Shown here one piece after another: positions 52,494-64,000 of a DNA stretch of 64,000 bases; position 1 is the first letter of the stretch, and each line of letters starts with the position of its first letter. The notes under the pieces are model-generated. The model was not told the origin of the DNA. It was given only the letters and a program-made list of their open reading frames with translations, and ran no database searches. This DNA comes from Octopus vulgaris. Its lineage: Eukaryota. Location of the stretch: NCBI GenBank assembly GCA_951406725.2, contig OX597830.1, positions 38,378,001-38,442,000 on the forward strand, in the 5' to 3' direction. The position numbers and the translations under genes are program-made.

Positions 52494-54525
52494 ATATATA
52501 TATCTATAGATATATGTGTGTATATATATATATATATTTATATATATACCCGGTGGTTGTATTAAAGCATGAATGTCTCCCTTCATACGATTGTGTGGTT
52601 GTTGACTGAAATAGAAATATAGATGCAGATACCGCGATAAGAGTATCATACATTTCCTAATTAAATATAAATGCCGTACCACAAATAAAGAATAAAATCC
52701 AAAATTGTGTGACTGTCCACAAAAATAGATCAGCTAGAAATGAATATTCTATTTTCTACTTATTCACTAGAAACACATTTCAGCGAAATGAAGCAAAAAA
52801 GCAAACGAGTGTACAATAAATTATCGTGACACAATAGTTGTTTGGCAAAGCAAACAGCTATATTTTTGAGCCCCGGTAGTTGTACTGATTTTCTATCCTT
52901 ATCTTTCTATAAAAGAAATGGTGGTCATTTAACAATTATTGAATGTTCACATGTTACATACCGGAATAATGTAAAATAGCTGAATATTCAAGAAAGAAAA
53001 TGCAATATTATTTTTTCCCCCACAGGACGTGTTTCTTTGGGGAATTGTGTGCGATTATATTAATCTTGTAATTTTCTTTTTATTCTGCACGTATTTACCA
53101 AAAATAGAATTTATCGGTATACTTATATTTTGTACAAAACGATATACAACCGAAGATAGAGAGTTATTGTTCGATAAGTTCCGTAGAGCACAAAAAGAAT
53201 TGAAGCCCAAAGGAAGACATATATTTAGTTATTAAGACAACTGAAATATAAAATGTCTTCTGTTTTAATGAATTCTAAATCCTTGTTTGTTTAGGCAGAA
53301 TATAGTCACGTTACACATGACCAGCTATTTTGCATACGTGATGTGAATGTATACTCATTTTGCTGCATTTCTCTATTTATGGACGCTGAAGCGCTGGAGA
53401 ATAGTTTATGATGATGGCATTTATGAAAAATGGACAGGACATAGAACTCCGACCTTGAAATAACTGAAGGTGTGACCTTGCTAGAATAAGTGATTTTTCA
53501 ATTACGATTTGTATCCATTTTACTGATTGAGCATCATACAAAGTTCAAAGCAATCCTGGAAACACTATGCAAGTTCTCTTTTAGCATTGGTCAGAATGCT
53601 ACATCTTGAGACACATGACATGCTAATACCGAATAAACATTTACTATGTTCAAGTATTTGAAGAAAACATTTGTCCGATTATTCACGGCTTCTTTCCGTA
53701 TGCTATTTCTTTGTGATGAATAAATCCAAACTTCCTAGAGTCTCAGAAATAAAGCAAGTAAAATCACAGTTGAATTCTTATTCCAAAGAATTATTACAAT
53801 CTCAAAAAAAGCTTAATGTGAAAGAGAAAGAGTGAGTTACCTCGCTTCCCAAATCTACAAAATCATGGCTGTCTGCTTAATAATTTTACCTAACTACAGT
53901 GTAGTTTTTGGTTCACGTCGAATAGGTGTGGTGTACTATACTAACTCATCGGTACGATTGAAACTATTGACAATCAGAGTGTAAGCCATTTTTTCCATTA
54001 CTTTACCCTATTTGAGAAACCTAAATTTTGCTGCAAACGAGGCGATGATATTATGCGTTCCCTTCGTGTCAATGAAATGTAATTTTCCTTCTATAATATC
54101 CAACATTTGACAATATCCTGGGTATGAAAATTACAGCACCGTTATAGTAATTTTTGTATATCCGATCGGAAATTACCGTGAATTCTTGTTAAATCCACCA
54201 AAGTATTGAATGCGCTTTCTTTACATTGTAGAAATTGCTCTTAGCTGCAACACGCTAGAGGCGTTGTATATAAGGCATCCCGCATTAGAGGTTGTTCACA
54301 TTAATTACAATATTCAGAGGTTTTATAACATATGCTGCGAAATATAGTGATATATGTGTAAATAACCTAGTGTTAAGTCTCAATATAAATATGTATCACT
54401 ACGAAGCATCAGTCGCGTACAGAGTGGTGATAAGAAACTGGGATGACAAGAAAACAAAAAAATATTTTATGAATTTCCTGCCATGGTCGTTTCTTTCCTT
54501 TGTCCTGTCTATTTCTTAGAAATAG

Positions 54526-54571
<46 letters not shown>

Positions 54572-54666
54572 TTATAGATACATATATATACATATGCATT
54601 TATGTATATATACATATATATATATATGCATATATATATAAATATATACGTATACATACACACACA

Positions 54667-54736
<70 letters not shown>

Positions 54737-54891
54737 TTAATTAATAATGTTGGGTTCTAGAGAAAGCAGCAGTATGCTAAAACTGTCAGAGGCCACTTAA
54801 GTACACACATTTTCACTAAACCACTAAGTGAAATCGAGGAAATGGGCATAAATAACCTTAACACCCCATCGGAATGACGAAAAGATCGTAC

Positions 54892-55202
54892 ATTGAAAAG
54901 ACAGACAGACATATATCGCATCGATTTCAAACTTTGTGAATATATCACTTAGTCATCTGCAGCAAATGCTATTGACCTGACATCATAAATCTTGCCCGTC
55001 TCAACCAATGTGTGCAATGACCGTTTCTCATTCCCCTGCACATTTGAAAAGGTGATCGAAGAGAATAAAAATTATAAAAAATACAACAATATCAGTGGCT
55101 TAGCATACATAAAAACTTTATGAGCCTAGGACAGTAACACTCGCTGTGATATTTTCACAGAGTTTGAAATCGTTGCGATAAATGTATGTCTGGCTCTTCA
55201 AT
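54892..55202. mobile_element. MITE-like element with ~57-bp imperfect inverted repeats
   Basis: ATTGAAAAGACAGACAGACATATATCGCATCGATTTCAAACTTTGTGAATATATCAC (54892-54948) versus the reverse complement of 55146-55202. Confidence 0.7.
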
Positions 55203-55311
55203 TTATAATTTTTTATATGGACAAATAGATAGAAAGAGCGATCGATAGATACGAAATTATACAGGTACATGCTTATATATATATATAACCCGATGCACAG
55301 GTTTCTTTTTA

Positions 55312-55540
55312 AGGCGGTGACCTGACAGAGACGTTAGCACGCAGGGGGAAATACATAGCCGTATTTCGTCTGCTGTTGCGTTCTGGGTTCAAATTCCGCC
55401 GAGGTCGACTTTGCCTTTCATCCTTTCGGGGTGGATAAATTAAGTACCAGTTACGCACTGGGGTTGTTGTAATCGACTTAATCCGTTTGTCTGCCCTTGT
55501 TTGTCCCCTCTGTGTTTAGCCCCTTGTGGGCAGTAAAGAA

Positions 55541-55541
<1 letters not shown>
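55312..55541 (+). mobile_element. Family B (Meta-type) SINE, full length
   Basis: GGCGGTGACCTGACAGAGACGTTAGCACG...GGTTCAAATTCCGCCGAGGTCGACTTTGCCTTTCATCCTTTCGGGG...AAGTACCAG. Confidence 0.9.
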
Positions 55542-55572
<31 letters not shown>

Positions 55573-56047
55573 ATTTCAACAATTGAGGGTAAAATTAATT
55601 AATTAATTATTAATCAATTTCACCAAGTGTTCAGTATGTAAAGGGACCATTTAAGGCGAATTCAAATTATTACATGATTTCAGTATGTGGCAAAGTAATT
55701 TATTTTACTAAGCCCTTTTATATAATATAATAATTTGAATTCGCCTTAAATGGTCCCTTTACATACTGAACACTTGGTGAAATTGATTAATAATTAATTA
55801 ATTAATTTTACCCTCAATTGTTGACATTATAATTCATCTCTCTCTATTTAATGTTTCGGATTTACCGAAAAAGCTTAGCGTTTGCTGATTTTAACCCACG
55901 CTGGTGGAAAGGGGAGAGCAGAAATTCTTCGCTTGCATTTTTTGGGTATGTTGACACTGTTAGTTTTGAGCAGATCTTCAGAAGCGATAGGAAGCCGAAA
56001 GAGTATGCTCCCACTTTCAGTGTTTTCAAATCCAAACCAAGGAGTTC

Positions 56048-56100
56048 TGAGCTGATGATAGAAGTGTCGAGTTTGACTAATCTTGAAACGTACGTTCTCA
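56048..56100 (+). ncRNA. Type I hammerhead ribozyme, intact core
   Basis: TGAG-CTGATGA-TAGAAGTGTCGAGTTTGACTAATCTT-GAAAC-GTAC-GTT-CTCA: stem I TGAG/CTCA, palindromic AACGTACGTT stem III, GUU triplet. Confidence 0.85.
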
Positions 56101-56587
56101 AATAACCTTTGCATTTGATTTTTTAATGTCTTTACCCCCATACTTTCGTGAGTTGAATTGAGCAAGCACTATATGAGAGAGATTTTCTTTAAGTATTAGA
56201 AATAGTTTTAAAAAAGTTTTTTTAGCTGCTATTTCTAATGAGTTCAGTATGTGGCAAAGTAATTTATTTTACTAAGCCCTTTTATATAATGTAATAATTT
56301 GAATTCGCCTTAAATGGTCCCTTTACATACTGAACACTTGGTGAAATTGATTAATAATTAATTAATTAATTTTACCCTCAATTGTTGAAATTATATATTA
56401 TATAATTAGGGCTTAGTAAAATAAATTACTTTGCCACATACTGAACTTAGTAGAAATAGCAGCCAAAAAAAATTTTTTCTTAGCATTTCTACTACTTAAA
56501 GAAAATTTCTCTCAGATAATGTTTACTCCAGACAGCTCACGAAGGTTTGGGGGTAAATACAGAAAAATATCACAAGTACATAGATCG

Positions 56588-56650
56588 TTTGAGTACGTCA
56601 ACGTTTCAAGATTAGCCAAATAAAATCAGCATTTCTTTCGTCAGCTCAAA
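56588..56650 (-). ncRNA. Type I hammerhead ribozyme, intact core
   Basis: Reverse complement of the motif at 57089-57151. Confidence 0.85.
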
Positions 56651-57088
56651 ATTTCTTAATTTGGATTTGGAAACACTAAAAAGAAGGAACTTTACCTATC
56701 AGCGTACTTGTCGCTTCAGATGAACCACTCCAACTAAACAGTGTCAACAAATTCAAAATGCGCAGGCGTAAAATTCTGCACTCCCGATTCCACCCACGTG
56801 GTCTATCTAGCAAACATTATATTTTAACCACGAGAACCGAGGCAGCATGACTGAGAGAAATGAATTATAATATCAACAATTGAGGGTAAAATTAATTAAT
56901 TAATCAATTTCACCAATTGTTCAGTATGTAAAAGGACCATTTAAGGCGAATTCAAAATATTACATTATATAATTAGGGCATTTTGAATTTGTTGACACTG
57001 TTTAGTTGGAGTGGTTCATCTGAAGCGACAAGTACGCTGATAGGTAAAGTTCCTTCTTTTTAGTGTTTCCAAATCCAAATTAAGAAAT

Positions 57089-57151
57089 TTTGAGCTGACG
57101 AAAGAAATGCTGATTTTATTTGGCTAATCTTGAAACGTTGACGTACTCAAA
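57089..57151 (+). ncRNA. Type I hammerhead ribozyme, intact core
   Basis: TTTGAG-CTGACGA-AAGAAATGCTGATTTTATTTGGCTAATCTT-GAAAC-GTTGAC-GTA-CTCAAA: 6-bp stem I, AAGA/TCTT stem II base, GUA triplet. Confidence 0.88.
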
Positions 57152-57479
57152 CGATCTATGTACTTGTGATATTTTCTGTATTTACCCCCAAACCTTCGTG
57201 AGCTGTCTGGAGTAAACATTATCTGAGAGAAATTTTCTTTAAGTAGTAGAAATGCTAAGAAAAAATTTTTTTTGGCTGCTATTTCTACTAAGTTCAGTAT
57301 GTGGCAAAGTAATTTATTTTACTAAGCCCTAATTATATAATGTAATATTTTGAATTCGCCTTAAATGGTCCTTTTACATACTGAACACTTGGTGAAATTG
57401 ATTAATTAATTAATTTTACCCTCAATTGTTGATATATATATATATATATATCGCGATACACATGTACAGGTACACAAGC

Positions 57480-58757
57480 AAGCATATATATATGCATATC
57501 CAGAAGTTGCAAATATCGAAATAACCATGAGTCTTTTCATTGAACATTAGTATAAGGAATACCATATTAGGAAATCATATCACTATCCCAGACATGCGTA
57601 CCTATAATAATGTTCAGTGATGCAGAAATGGGATTTATTAAAAGATCAGTATTATTGTTTTGAAATAAAGGTCTCTCTATATCCCATTTGATTTCACCAA
57701 CCAGAATACAGAGTGGCAAAAGCTATAAATATTACATAGTCTTTTTCTCCGTAATGTAACATAATTGTTTTGATATCTGAAGATTAGCGGTGTTTTATTT
57801 ATTATATAAATTTTTATTTATAAGAATTCATCGTATATGTTTTACAGGCAAAAATGCCATTTTATATTTTATTCACTAAATATTAATGAATGCCATGTTT
57901 TCTAAGAATGTTGGTATAGAATGAAATAAATATATCATTTTACGATGCTTTATTGCAAGATTCCATGCTATACAATTTCCTATATGATATATGGACTCAA
58001 ATACGAATAACGGATGGAACAAGAACACTCCGTAATTATTAATGGGATAATTTCATAAATTTCCCATAAATGTACACAATGTATTTCGTGGAAAATTGTA
58101 TACTGAAATGCATGTTATGTAATTTTATATGCAACCACACTGCCCCCTAGTTAATTTGTACGAATATATTTTGCAAGTGTTTGAAATATGCTATCACATC
58201 ATCAACAATATTTTCATAACCAAACTTGATTTTTTCGAGTGATGACCACTGGTTATATATTGAAAACGTTACAAGATGCAATTACAATATAAAAGTTATT
58301 CAGTTTTTTCTTATATAATGGCGAAGTTTGACAAGTTATCACATTTGAGTGCCAGAGTTGCAAAAACTTAAAATTTCTTATAAGTATTTAATTGGTAGGA
58401 TCATTGTTGTATATACTTACATGCAATAGTAGCCTGAGGGAACGCAAAAGTCAACAACAAGCAGATGTTCCCCAGACATGTATGTAAAGTCAGAGATTGG
58501 TACGTTGTATATGACCATGTGTTAGTAATATATATACTTAGATATGAGTCACATAAAAAATTAGATATTTCAAGAAAGTTGATACTATTAAACAAAAGAA
58601 GAGAGCAAAATACTTCCTTTCCATTTCCATTATAGCTTATATCCCTCATCACTACTTTATGTAAACGAAACTTCGTTGTGGTCGCATGAACACAATTCTT
58701 ATACTCGCAAATATAGATGGACATTTATAAAGAACTACCATATGCTTTGAACTTCTC

Positions 58758-58847
<90 letters not shown>

Positions 58848-59425
58848 GTTATTAAAATATTTCGAATATTTTGAAAGAAAAAATAGGTACCACACTCAAA
58901 TATGGATAAATAATATTTTTCAGAATATCTTCATTCCACTTAGCAGGTGGAATATTCAGACCAGGAATTCTTGACATTATTGTATTCTCCAAGAAGGGAA
59001 AATAACATCAATGACATTTAGCACAATTAGCGCAACAGACTTTGTTTGTTGGAGTAACAAATATGACATTTTGAGTGTAATATTTCAAGAATAGCATAAG
59101 CAGCTTAAACTATTTATAAACGGACCTATCGTATATGGAACCCTTCAGTCATTTTCAATAGAATGATTAATTAATTCTTGTCCAAACACACTTACGACAG
59201 CGACAGAGAATACTGATCCCAAATGATACATAATGTTATGGAACAGATGCGTGGGGCGTTTTGGCAATATTATGTTTGTGAAAAGTGTTTACAGCTCAAC
59301 TAAGTAGCAATAATTAAATATCAGTCCCGATTTCTGTGTCCTATTAAGTACGATCTACAAAATTGGTCAGAATGAAATATAATATCCTTAAAATGTTTCG
59401 CAAAATGTTATATATTCTATAGAAA
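57480..59425 (+). pseudogene. Decayed LRR-coding tract (segment 12) with LRRCT and LRRNT remnants
   Basis: IRNTILGNHITI (~57552), FINFP*MYTMYFVENCI (~58052), LQVFEICYHII (~58171), YLDMSH/KKLDISR (~58535-58575), IFIPLSR...RNS*HYC (~58927-58983), STISATDFVC (~59020), CPNT and NVSQNVIYSIE (~59392). Confidence 0.7.
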
Positions 59426-59609
59426 TATGCGTGGTAAGAAGCTTACGTATCAACCACGTGGCTCCGGGTTCAGTCCCACAGCGTGGCAGCTTCGGTCAGT
59501 GTCTTCTAGTATAGCCTCAGGCACCTCAAAGCTTTGTGAGTGGATTTGCTAGACAGAAACTGAAAGAAGCTCGTCGTAAATGCATAATTATATATATACA
59601 TATATATAT

Positions 59610-60105
59610 AAGCACATATTTCGCCTTAATGTACTGATATATGAAAAATATATGGCTTGTGCTAGAAATACCAGCGATAATAATTAATTTATTTTATAGC
59701 AATTTGACTTGTTTACATATTTCTCGATAAATTTTGGAGCGTTAGACAATATACCAGAAATCCCTAGTTTTGTCGGGACGTTCTGAGTCTGCGCAGTGAT
59801 CTGATTAGTTAGAGAGAGCAAATCATTAGAAGCACATGCTTCTAGTGAGTTAGGATCTCAGAACAACAGGGCTCTTACCGATGAATTCTCCCTGAGCAAA
59901 TAAATTATCTTTATTGCTGAAAAGTACGAAACTGCAGTCTAAGAGGAACCGAGTTAGTAAATGTTTTTATCTTCATTTCACTAAATTTATCTAGCTTCTG
60001 TGTTTCAAGCACATATTTCGCCTTAATGTACTGATATATGAAAAATATATGGCTTGTGCTAGAAATACCAGCGATAATAATTAATTTATTTTATCGCAAT
60101 TTGAC

Positions 60106-60117
<12 letters not shown>
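59610..60117 (+). mobile_element. 397-bp hammerhead-bearing unit with 111-bp terminal direct repeat (retrozyme / mini-Penelope-like)
   Basis: 59610-59720 and 60007-60117 are near-identical (period 397). Internal hairpins GTTCTGAG/CTCAGAAC and TAGAAGCA/TGCTTCTA. (TA)n flanks. Confidence 0.8.
59872..59945 (+). ncRNA. Type I hammerhead ribozyme (U4>C core variant)
   Basis: CTCTTA-CCGATGA-...AGCAAATAAA..TTTATTGCT...-GAAAC-TGCA-GTC-TAAGAG: 6-bp stem I, palindromic ACTGCAGT stem III, GUC triplet. Confidence 0.8.
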
Positions 60118-60152
<35 letters not shown>

Positions 60153-60424
60153 GGGGGGTGTATGCGTGTGTGTGTGTGTGTCTGTATGTCTGTGTATGTG
60201 CGTCTGTGTTTGTCCGCCCACCATCGCTTGACAACCAATGTTGGTGTGTATCCGTCCCCGTAACTTAGTGATTTGGCAAAAGAGACCGATACAATATGTA
60301 CTAGGCTTACAAAGAATAAGTTCTGGGGTCGATTTGTTCCACTAAAGGCGGTGCTCCAGCATGGCCACAGTCAAATGACTTAAAATGTAAATGAATAAAA
60401 GAATAATAGAATACACACACACAT

Positions 60425-60493
<69 letters not shown>

Positions 60494-60602
60494 TGTATGT
60501 ATATACATTAAATTCAAACTTACGTTGCAAGTCAACAAGCAAATTTTGCTTTAGAAGTGTTAAGATTTATTGAAAAATACAGATACGGAAATAATTTTTT
60601 TC

Positions 60603-60749
60603 TCAAGGCCTGGATAATGCTAATAATACAGCATTAACAGGATATCCAATCCACATTTTGCAGAAAAATCTGTTGGCGGGCATATTTTTCTGCAAAATAT
60701 GGATAGTTTATCCTGTTCATGCTATATTATTAGTATTATCTTGCGTTTG
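60603..60749. repeat. ~150-bp imperfect palindrome (hairpin MITE-like)
   Basis: GATAATGCTAATAATACAGCATTAACAGGATA...ATTTTGCAGAAAAAT / ATTTTTCTGCAAAAT...TATCCTGTTCATGCTATATTATTAGTATTATC around a ~14-nt loop. Confidence 0.8.
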
Positions 60750-60775
60750 AATATGTTTATATATATATATATATA

Positions 60776-61100
60776 TACAGCGGGCGTAATGTATTTGAAG
60801 ACATGGCTATTTTGGGGTCATTTGATTCATATGCAATAGAAGGCCATATATTTTTCAGTAAGACCCTACACTTTCACACTTGGCTCTAGTCACACAAGAA
60901 TGGATGGCTGAATTTTTTTATGATCACATAACCCCTAACATTTGGCTTCCTAATTCCTGGATCTCAATCAATATTACATATGGAACGTTATTGAGAGAGA
61001 GAGATTAAAGAACACGCCATATGATGAAACATCCATATTTGTCGCTCTATGAAGGGACCTATGTGAATAGTTGCGATTGGGTATGACTTACTTTCAAGTG
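60776..61100 (+). mobile_element. maT/DD37D-like internal-deletion remnant
   Basis: TACAG start in (TA)n; LVTQEWMAEFFYDHITPNIWLPNS matches the adjacent transposase C-terminal region. Confidence 0.65.
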
Positions 61101-61286
61101 TCTTCGTTACACCAAGCGCACAGAGAATAAATTTTCTTACGCCTAAATGCCGCAGCTGATCCACGAACTAACAACACATGTATTTGTGTCTGTGTGTTTG
61201 ATTTAGTTTAAATAACTCGGAATACTAATACATACATACATACATACATACATACATACATACATGAATACATACATATATATATC

Positions 61287-61334
<48 letters not shown>

Positions 61335-61494
61335 GATATATAGGTAGAAAGATAGATATAGGTAGATATAGATAGGTATAGATATATATAAAATAATATA
61401 TTTATGCATATATCTTTTATATAGACTCACACACCACTGGAACACACACGCCACCCACCACCGACACAAACACATATATATATATGGATGTATA

Positions 61495-62710
61495 TACAGC
61501 GTGCGACGGGTAAATTGCCGCCATTTTATATATTCAATTTTGTGCATGTGCTTTGTTCGTCTAATTTTGTCGACCACACAGTATGGTAGGGTAGGTTGGG
61601 CACCCTCTGTAAGAAAAACAGCACCATGATGCAATTCACTCTTCCAGAAATTTGGAAAAAGCCTGCTGTACCGCTTGACATTCGTCCTTGAAACTTCACT
61701 ACGAACATTTCAGAGTATTTGGGTGTCAATGTGAGGACAGTGCAGAGGATTCGGAAAAATGTCGACAAGTCTAATGGTAGAGTAACTCGGAAGACTCATT
61801 CTAATCGTCCTGAATTTGTTGGTGAGATTGACAGCGATCCTTCCAAATAAATCGGGTCCATCGCCAGAGAAATGGGAATGTCTGAGTTCCTTATCAGGCC
61901 GGTAGTGCATGAAGATATTCGTTATTCGTCATACAAGATGAGAAAGGGACAATTCTTATCCCAAGCCATCAAGCACAGGAGAAAAAACTGCGCTACAAAA
62001 CTTTTGGACAAACTCAACCAAACCCTCCAACCGAACATTCATTGCTTTTTTTTAGACGAGAAATATTTCTGCTAGGGTTAGATGGTGAATACACTCAACA
62101 ACCGTTGGCTTGCCCTATCCCCAAAGCACCTACTGAGGGCGATAACAATCAAACATCCAGTGAACATCATGGTGTTTCGAAAATATACCTCCATTCCCCT
62201 TCTCACGCAGATTCACACTCCGAACGGAGGCCTACATCAAGTACCTGGATAAGGTTGTATTGCGCAGGGGGAAGGCGGTGGTTGCTGGAAGACCCTATGT
62301 CTGGCAACAGGAGTCTGCACCATGCCACACAAGCAGAAGAATCCTGTCATGGCTGTTATACAATTTCTGCGACCACATCACCCCTAACATCTGGCAACCT
62401 AGCACCCTCTACTGCAATACCTTTGATTATTATACGAGTGGCGCAGTTGAGCGAGAGACCAAGAAAACTCCTTATAAGATCAAAGATGAACTGAAGGCAA
62501 AGATTATAGTTTCATTCACCAACTTAAACAAGGTGACCGTCCAAAACAGTTGCAGGAGATTCTGAAGTCATCTGGAGGCTGTGGTTAAAATTTATTGAAT
62601 ACATTTACTCTTCAGTATATCAAGGTATTTTTATATAATTTTGGTAAATATATCTGTTAACATGAGATGTAATTGCTGTTTTCATTTTTCCATAATTTAA
62701 ACGACAATGT
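61495..62710 (+). mobile_element. Tc1/mariner superfamily maT (DD37D) transposon, decayed
   Basis: TACAGCGTGCGACGGGTAAATTG TIR. The transposase runs from MMQFTLPE (61626) with LGVNVRTVQRIRK, FFLDEKYF, and WQQESAPCH...NTFDY with 37 residues between the second and third catalytic positions. Confidence 0.9.
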
Positions 62711-62754
62711 GTGGGTGTGCGCGCGTGTGTGTGAGTGTGTGCATGCGTATATAT

Positions 62755-63387
62755 GGTGATCGGCAGTGATGAAATAGAGGAGGTGAGAGAATATGACTAC
62801 CTGGGACAGGAAGTAAATATGTGCCGGGATAGCAAAAAGGAGATCTCACGGAGAGTAAGGGCCGGATGGAAGGCGTTCAATGGCATAAGGGATGTACTCA
62901 AGGGAAGGTTGGACAGGACCACCCGCACCAACCTCATTAACAGTGCAGTTCGGCCTGCAATGTTATATGGTAGTGAAACATGGGCTACCACAAAGCGAGA
63001 AGTGCAAAGACTGATAACGGCTCAAAGAGCCATGGAAAGGTCAATGCTTGGTATCTCGTTGAGAGATCACATAAATAACAACATCATCAGAAAGAAGTCC
63101 GGCGTGAGAGATGTCATCGCAGAGTATACTCGCAGCAAGTATAGATGGGCTGGACACGTCGCCCGGCTAACCGATAATCGGTGGACGCATGCAGCTATCG
63201 AGTAGTACCCGCGTGAGCGGAAAAGACCACCCGGAAGACCTCCACGACGGTGGAGTGACGATTTCAAGAGGACGATTGGGATCACGTGGCTGAGAAAGGC
63301 GCGATCCAGAGAGGAGTGGACAGCGTATTGTGACCAGCGGTGTCAAATGGACGCCTGACGGACTGGTCGGTCAAAGTGATCAAAGTG

Positions 63388-63390
<3 letters not shown>
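62755..63390 (+). mobile_element. RTE-clade LINE 3' fragment
   Basis: IEEVREYDYLGQ, EISRRVRAGWKAF, AMLYGSETW, RWAGHVAR and KRPPGRPPRRWSD; tandem CAAAGTGAT tail. Confidence 0.92.
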
Positions 63391-63437
<47 letters not shown>

Positions 63438-63439
63438 GC

Positions 63440-64000
63440 GTGTGAATGTAAGTATAACGTTAACCTATTACTTTAGATTATGTGCATTTACCATAAAGAT
63501 TATATCAACCCTCTATGCAAATATTTCGGGCGTATGTCATTTCCAATGATGGGTGTTTCGTGCCGACTGAATTTTCAGTATAAACGTCAGTAGAAAATAT
63601 TCATCCCAAGCCTACCAATTGTAAACGCATCTAACATGTATATTTGATTCGAATAAGAGCAAAGATACATGTTGTTTTATGTATAAGCATATATTTCATA
63701 TAAAAACCTTTGTATGTTCCTGTAATAAAATAAGAAGGTGCATATCTCAGAGCTAATTATGAAAGAACCATATGCCATAAACTACATATAGCGATTCATC
63801 TTTCATTCAGAGAACTATCGTCAAACATAGGAATACGATTTAATATCATTCTTTATCCTCCTTCATGTATGTTAGTTTAAGCATATAGCTATGTGAGTCT
63901 CTTATTTTGTATTTGATCTGAGTCAAAATATAGGAATTGCCCTCACCGAAGTATATTTATTTATTCTTTCCATAACACGGTGATATTCAGTGACAAGAAA
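63440..64000 (+). pseudogene. Decayed LRR-coding tract (segment 13), runs off the window end
   Basis: VENIHPK...I*HVYLIR (~63590), IKTFVCSCNKIRR (~63700), LSFRELSS and VFDLSQNI (~63909). Confidence 0.6.

Larger units (their letters stand above)
55568..57432. mobile_element. Cluster of ~565-bp non-coding hammerhead-bearing units in partial-tandem and inverted arrangement (Penelope pLTR / retrozyme-like)
   Basis: A ~95-bp terminal segment is present 5 times (- at ~55574 and ~56872; + at ~55733, ~56297, ~57346). Tandem periods are 564 (55681 vs 56245) and 567 (56401 vs 56968). A near-perfect ~360-bp inverted repeat spans 56397-56761/56978-57342. (TA)n on both flanks. Confidence 0.85.
59428..60405 (+). 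mobile_element. Family A SINE split by an insertion in its internal (TA)n
   Basis: 5' half at 59428-59580 and 3' half at 60145-60405, each matching 24912-25332. Confidence 0.85.

Noticed and set aside
55851-56165. Overlapping 79-96 aa ORFs in the 565-nt unit
   Set aside because: Not preserved in the sister variant at 56400-57432, where only the RNA structure is conserved.

Overview
AT-rich eukaryotic genomic DNA, most likely from an octopus. That assignment is inferred from the tRNA-derived CORE-type and Meta-type SINE families and the very dense (TA)n/(TATC)n/(TAA)n microsatellites. No complete intact gene is evident, and most ORFs in the supplied track are microsatellite or antisense artefacts. 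Three layers were read by eye. (1) A dense transposon layer: SINEs; RTE, CR1, R4/Dong and Tx1/L1-like LINE fragments; a Penelope-like RT/GIY-YIG pseudogene; and mariner, maT (DD37D), hAT-like and other DDE remnants. (2) At least 8 minimal type-I hammerhead ribozyme motifs in non-coding elements of 0.4-0.6 kb with partial-tandem or inverted structure, mostly sitting in (TA)n (Penelope pLTR / retrozyme-like). (3) Almost all unique sequence between the insertions, from ~0.9 kb to the window end, reads on the + strand as heavily decayed leucine-rich-repeat coding sequence. It includes repeated LRRNT/LRRCT caps and appears to be a >60 kb fossil multi-LRR (Slit/Toll-ectodomain-like) array. One stop-free 98-codon stretch (40338-40634) may be a live exon. 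All calls come from manual translation and inspection, and boundaries are approximate.
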